A stretch of 64,000 bases of DNA from Candidatus Eremiobacteria bacterium. Its GTDB lineage: Bacteria; Vulcanimicrobiota; Vulcanimicrobiia; Vulcanimicrobiales; Vulcanimicrobiaceae. The position numbers and the translations under genes are program-made. This document shows positions 59,012-64,000 of the stretch, in pieces. The stretch is taken from assembly GCA_963737065.1 (NCBI GenBank), contig CAVTRC010000001.1:800001-864000 (forward strand), written 5' to 3'. The notes below the pieces were generated by a model. That model did no database searches, was not told where the DNA came from, and worked only from the letters and a program-made list of their open reading frames with translations. Positions within the stretch are counted from its first letter, which is position 1. Each line of letters starts with the position of its first letter.

Positions 59012-59896
59012 ATGAGTTGGATTCCGAAGAAAACCGCCACGGCAGGCAACACCGCAACCGTCAACGCACCGCAGGCTTCGGCCGCTCACCGGCCGTCGCA
59101 CGCGCATTCGCTCGAGATGCCCGTCGTCTTGAGCGTGCGCCGGCTGCCGGCGCCGGTGTACGGAACGCTTATGGAAATCACGGCGCATGGAGCCAAAATT
59201 CGTTCGCTCGTGCTGATGGAACGCGGCACCGAAGTCGAATTCGATCTCGGCATCAGCAGCGGCACACCGCTGACGATCCACGGACGCGTCGAAGCGCGAC
59301 GCAACGCTCCGTCGGGCGCACGCTTCGAATACCACCTTCTTTTCAGCAATATGCCGGACCCACAGATCGACGCGCTTGCGCGCCATGTGCGCGAACTGGA
59401 ACGACGCGCGGCTGCCGCGCGTTCGATTCAGAACGCGATCGACTCCATGCCGACGACCGATCGCGAACGACGCGGCAGCTATCGCGCGCTCACGGCATTT
59501 CCGGTGCTGTACCAGCGTGACGCTGACGGTTGGAATGAAGGACGTGTCGGCGACATCTCCTCGACCGGCATTCGGATGAACTGCGATGAGTCGATCGCCA
59601 TCGGAACGCTTTTCGATCTGAAGCTGACGCTGCCGTCGACCGTGCTCGACGTCTACCCCGAAGAAACGGCCGTCCTCGACATATCGAACGGGACACCGCG
59701 CCGCGTCGGAGGACGCCCGGACATGCGGCGGCCGTTCGAAGAGATGGCGATTCGCGGACGGGTCGTAACGCGATTCCAACCGGTCCGCGATCGCGAGGTC
59801 TACGGCGTCGCGTTTCTCGAGGTCGACGGCTATCAACGCGAAGAGATCGCCCGGTTCACGCACGCGGTGCAGCTCTCAAAGATTCGCAACAGCTAG
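59012..59896 (+). CDS. Tandem PilZ-domain protein (paralogue 2)
   Basis: ERRGSYR..DISSTG in domain 2; degenerate first domain; shares LPAPVYGTL, RRPFEEM and EEIARFTHAVQL with paralogue 1. Confidence 0.88.
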   Translation: MSWIPKKTATAGNTATVNAPQASAAHRPSHAHSLEMPVVLSVRRLPAPVYGTLMEITAHGAKIRSLVLMERGTEVEFDLGISSGTPLTIHGRVEARRNAPSGARFEYHLLFSNMPDPQIDALARHVRELERRAAAARSIQNAIDSMPTTDRERRGSYRALTAFPVLYQRDADGWNEGRVGDISSTGIRMNCDESIAIGTLFDLKLTLPSTVLDVYPEETAVLDISNGTPRRVGGRPDMRRPFEEMAIRGRVVTRFQPVRDREVYGVAFLEVDGYQREEIARFTHAVQLSKIRNS

Positions 59897-59916
59897 AACC
59901 GAAACGTAGGGCCTCG

Positions 59917-61099
59917 ATGCGGGTCCTCTTCGTTCCACGCGACGACGCCGACCGGGTTTTCGGCGGCGACGTCGTCCAGATGCAGAAGACCGCCGAGGCG
60001 CTCCGCGACCTCGGCGTTCTCGTTGATGTGGGCTTTCCTGAACGAGCAGCGGCGGGTTACGATATCGTGCATCTCTGGACGAGCCTGCATTTTCCGGACA
60101 AACTTCGCACTCAACTCGATCGCCTCGCGGCTTGCGCGGATGTTCCGGTCGCCCTCTCGACGATTTGGGCGCCGCATCATCTCGTACGGTGGATGGATGC
60201 GGCACGCCGGTGGCTGTTTTCCCGCCACCCGAACGGTGCGCGGCTCTCGCTGCAAAACGCAAACAGCGATTTGAACGCGATCGCATCGCGCGCGCTCGAT
60301 TTTACGCTTGATGACGGCGAACGGCTGAGCGCATTTGCTCCGCACCCGTTTACCGCGCTGTGCCGCGACGTGCTTCGGCGCATCGGACGTTATTTTGCCC
60401 AACTCATGGATGGAGCTCCAAGCCATCTTCACGTACCTCGGCGATTTCGCCGCGCACGGCATCGTGCCTAATGCCGTGGATGCGCGCGATTTCGAAGTCG
60501 TGTCCGAACCCGATCTCCCGGCCGAGCTGCGCGCCGGCGACTATGCGCTCATGAGTGCGCGCTTCGACACACGCAAACAACAAGATTTCTTGATGCTTGC
60601 CGTCAAAGACCTCGATATTCCAATGGTCTTCGTCGGCGATGCAACGGACCAGGAAATCTTCACGCGAATGCGCGCGCTCGCGACAAACCGTCGCGCAGCC
60701 GTCTTTTATTATCCGTTTGTTCCGCACAGCCGGCTTCGCCATCTCTACGCCGCGGCGCGCGTGCACGTGCTGCCGAGCATCTTCGAATCGCCGGGACTCT
60801 CGTCGATGGAAGCGGCACTGCTCGACTGCGCGATCGTAGCGGGCAATCTCGCGTTTGAAAGCGAGTACTTTCAAGACGGCGCCTATTACTGCGATCCTTG
60901 CGATGCGTTTTCCATCAGAAACGCAGTCCGCGCCGCCTGGGACGGCTACGATGACGACGCACTGCGCCGCTTGACGCTCGCGCAACGCATCCGAACGCAG
61001 TACACCTGGCGACACGCAGCTGAAGCGACGCTTCGCGCCTATCGACGAAGCGCAATCAACGCGACGCCCGCGAGCGCAAAGGCGACGCCGAACCATTGA
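59917..61099 (+). pseudogene. Glycosyltransferase family 4 split by one frameshift near 60380 (true pseudogene or sequence error)
   Basis: MRVLFV..GGDVVQ N-terminal part (59917-60471) and SDVILPNS..HVLPSIFESPGLSSMEA C-terminal part (60335-61099) in different frames. Confidence 0.75.
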
Positions 61100-61875
61100 A
61101 TCAGCCCAAGCCGCTCGCGCAACACGATGCGAGCAAGAGCGACCGTGCTGGCCGGATAAAGCGACGTTAAAACCGCCGCGATCGCAAGGGCCCCGTTGAA
61201 TGTCGCGAGCACGTACAGTACGTTTGCGGCCATATCGAGCGTCCCGGAGAGCAAAATTAAGGGTAACGCTGCGCGTTGGGGACGGAAATCGACGCGTGTA
61301 ACCGTTCCGAGCACGATGAGGAATATGACCGACGCGGCACTCGATGCGAACACCCCGTACATGCCGGACTCGCGGTGCGTGTGCGCAAGAAAGAGATAAA
61401 AGCCGCCGAGCGCAATCCCCGACGCAGCGGCCTCCTTCAAACCACGCGTCGAGAATTCGCGAATCCCGTCCTCGAACGAGATCGAAATCAAGACGATGGC
61501 AATGAGTGCGAGCAATATCCCCGCTAGTTGTTGCGGCACGAGCCGCTGGCCGAACGCGATCGACACAACGACCGGCGATGCGGCGGCTAAGACAGCCGTG
61601 ATGGGAGAGACGACGCCCATCTTTCCAATCGATAGAGCGTGATATAGCAGCGCGATTCCAACGCCGCCGCACAGACCCGCAAGAGCTCCCCACAGGAAAT
61701 CCGACGGGATCGCACGCGCCGAGACAAACGGCAAAGCGGTCGCGAGAACGGCGAGCCCGGCTGCGCGGGAAATCGCCGCGACGGCGACCACGGGCGTCCG
61801 CTTCGTCGCGAACCCGCCGCAGAAATCGGCGGCGCCGTAAAAGAACGCAGCGAGGAGACTCAAGCCTACTTCCAC
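61039..61875 (-). CDS. DMT/EamA family transporter
   Basis: FYGAADFCGG, MGVVSPITA, SLYPASTVALARIVLRERL. Confidence 0.9.
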   Translation of the reverse strand: MEVGLSLLAAFFYGAADFCGGFATKRTPVVAVAAISRAAGLAVLATALPFVSARAIPSDFLWGALAGLCGGVGIALLYHALSIGKMGVVSPITAVLAAASPVVVSIAFGQRLVPQQLAGILLALIAIVLISISFEDGIREFSTRGLKEAAASGIALGGFYLFLAHTHRESGMYGVFASSAASVIFLIVLGTVTRVDFRPQRAALPLILLSGTLDMAANVLYVLATFNGALAIAAVLTSLYPASTVALARIVLRERLGLIQWFGVAFALAGVALIALRR

Positions 61876-61966
61876 TTGCCCACTCTTCCCGAGGCGCGAC
61901 GATCGTCATTACCCCGGCTGCGCCGCCCGCAGCGGATGCGATCACTGGTGATGCGGACGCTACGCG

Positions 61967-63661
61967 CTACACTTCCATAACGATCGGAATCACGACGGGA
62001 CGACGCCTCGTGCGCGCGTGCACCGCGCGCGCGAGGGTGCCGCGAATGTGCTCTTTCACCGTGTTCACGTCCCGAATGCCTTCCACCGAAACTTCGGCGA
62101 TCGCATCGCGCAACTCGGAGCGCAGCTCGTCAAGTACTCCGTCGGATTCGGGAATGTAGAACACGCCCTTCGATACGAGGTCCGGCTCGCCGATGACGCG
62201 TGCTTCTTCCGAATCGATCGCAATGACGACGACCATGATACCGTCGTTGGAGAGCGCTTTGCGATCGCGAAGCACGGCCTCGCCGATGTCACCAATGCCG
62301 GTTCCATCGACGAGGACGTTTCCGCCGTACGTCTTGCCCACCTTATCGCCGTACTCACGCGTGAACTCGAGCACGTCGCCGTTCTCGACGACGAACACGT
62401 TGCCCGGCTCGACGCCCGTTTCGACGGCGAGTTTCCCGTGTTGTACGAGCATGCGGTACTCACCATGGATCGGCACGAAGAACTCCGGCCGCACGAGATT
62501 GAGCATGAGCAGCAGCTCCTCTTGCGATGCGTGCCCGGAAACGTGAGAGCGTCCGTCCGTTCCGTGAATCACCGTGGCGCCCAGTTTGCACAGGTTGTTG
62601 ATCGTCTTGTAGACGCTCTTCTCGTTCCCGGGAATCGGAGTCGCGCTGATTACGACGGTATCGCCCGGGACGATCTTGAATTTTTTGTGATCGCGCACCG
62701 ACATGCGGCTCAGTCCGCTCATTGGTTCGCCCTGCGAGCCGGTCGTTACGACGCAAACGCGTTCGGGCGGGTAGTTATCGACCTCTTCGATACGTATAAC
62801 GGTGTCGGGCGGTATGCGCAAATGGCCCAGTTCGCTCGCAAAGAGCACGACGTTCTGCATCGAACGGCCGAGAAACGCCACCTTCCGTCCAAAGCGGACG
62901 GCGTGATCGACCGCCTGCTGAATGCGAGGAACGTTCGACGCGAAAGATGCGATAACGATGCGTCCTTTCGCGCGTTGAAAGATCGACGTGAATGCTTCGC
63001 CGACGATCCGCTCGGAAAGCGTGTGCCCACGTCGCTCGGCGTTCGTCGAATCGGAGAGCATGAGCAGTACGCCGTCGTCGCCGACGCGCGCGATGCGCGC
63101 GAAGTCGGCCGGCTTATTGTCGATCGGCGTCTGATCGAACTTGAAATCGCCGGTGTGAAAAAGCATGCCGACCGGCGTGCGAAGCGCGAGTGCACATGCG
63201 CCGGCAACCGAGTGCGTGATGTGGATGAACTCCGTTTCAATCGAACCGTGTCGAACGCGGTCTCCCGGATTCACCGTGACGAATTCCATCGTTTCGAACT
63301 TGTGCTCGCGCGACTTCGCCTTGATGAGCGCAATCGAGAGTGGAGTTCCGACGACCGGCGTGTTCGGAAACTGTTTGAGAAAGTAGGGAATTCCGCCGAT
63401 GTGATCTTCGTGTCCGTGGGTGACGAGCACGGCGCGTAGCTTCTGCGCGCGTTCGCGAACGTAGGTGAAGTCATTGATCACCACGTCGACGCCGAACATC
63501 TCGTCGTCAGGAAACATGAGCCCACAGTCGACGACGACCAGATCGTCGTTCGTCTCGACGATCGTCATATTGCGCCCGATTTCACCGCATCCGCCCAGCG
63601 GGATGACGCGGGTATACGGCTCGTCCGGAGGCGCCGGAACGATGAGGGTGTCTTGGTTCAA
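61967..63661 (-). CDS. rnj: Ribonuclease J
   Basis: PLGGCGEIGRN, THGHEDHIG, HTGDFKFD, GSQGEP, HVSGH, PIHGE. Confidence 0.97.
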   Translation of the reverse strand: MNQDTLIVPAPPDEPYTRVIPLGGCGEIGRNMTIVETNDDLVVVDCGLMFPDDEMFGVDVVINDFTYVRERAQKLRAVLVTHGHEDHIGGIPYFLKQFPNTPVVGTPLSIALIKAKSREHKFETMEFVTVNPGDRVRHGSIETEFIHITHSVAGACALALRTPVGMLFHTGDFKFDQTPIDNKPADFARIARVGDDGVLLMLSDSTNAERRGHTLSERIVGEAFTSIFQRAKGRIVIASFASNVPRIQQAVDHAVRFGRKVAFLGRSMQNVVLFASELGHLRIPPDTVIRIEEVDNYPPERVCVVTTGSQGEPMSGLSRMSVRDHKKFKIVPGDTVVISATPIPGNEKSVYKTINNLCKLGATVIHGTDGRSHVSGHASQEELLLMLNLVRPEFFVPIHGEYRMLVQHGKLAVETGVEPGNVFVVENGDVLEFTREYGDKVGKTYGGNVLVDGTGIGDIGEAVLRDRKALSNDGIMVVVIAIDSEEARVIGEPDLVSKGVFYIPESDGVLDELRSELRDAIAEVSVEGIRDVNTVKEHIRGTLARAVHARTRRRPVVIPIVMEV

Positions 63662-63718
63662 ATCTATCGCTTACTTTACGTGAAGGCGGGCGGAGGTATT
63701 GCCCGTCAGGAGGACACT

Positions 63719-64000
63719 ATGTTCAACGGATACCCCGTCTGCCCCGCGCTGACCTCGCTCGTGTTCCTGGTAAGCCTAGCTGTAATGCAGCCGGTGCCGA
63801 AGAAACCTCACGCGTGCAGCGACATTCATCGCCTGTATTCGCCACGACTGCTACGCGAGTTACGCGCGCGCCTGATGCTGGCTTACGCGCAGGCTCACGA
63901 GCGCCGCGCCGCGGCGATCGCCAAGGCGATTCGCAATCACACCTCCGTTCCCGAGGCGATAGAGGCCGGGGTTGCGCGTTCGCCGCAAAGCCGTACCGTC
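63719..64000 (+). CDS. Hypothetical protein, runs off the window end
   Basis: AGGAGG RBS then ATG 63719; open frame MFNGYPVCPALTSLVFLVSLAVMQP... to the end. Confidence 0.55.
   Translation, partial: MFNGYPVCPALTSLVFLVSLAVMQPVPKKPHACSDIHRLYSPRLLRELRARLMLAYAQAHERRAAAIAKAIRNHTSVPEAIEAGVARSPQSRTV

Overview
A GC-rich (roughly 60% by eye), densely coded bacterial chromosome segment, mostly on the minus strand. The gene repertoire suggests a diderm Terrabacteria lineage such as Ca. Eremiobacterota/Vulcanimicrobiota; this is an inference and was not searched. Core genes include glyQS-ppdK...dnaG-rpoD, prfB (with the classic +1 frameshift), secA, rlmN, rimO-yajQ-rodZ, mnmA, the futalosine genes mqnE-mqnA-mqnC, ftsK, an IDH-family enzyme, rnj, dtd and tRNA-Leu(GAG). 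A kamB-kamC-kce lysine-fermentation module is present without its mutase. Two small decaying accessory patches lie downstream of tRNA-Leu and between rlmN and glyQS, and two long genes carry single frameshifts. I found no CRISPR array, rRNA, integrase or transposase. Unexplained signals: (1) several long intergenic rod- or cloverleaf-type inverted-repeat elements behind stop codons, including a 53-bp near-perfect IR after secA, two elements sharing a CCGC-CTCGT-GCGG core, and a REP-like motif inserted in frame in the IDH gene; (2) a protein with no signal peptide and a GDPH autocleavage-type motif; (3) a tandem pair of double-PilZ paralogues; (4) an RND pump with extra transmembrane helices; (5) a probable ATC start codon.
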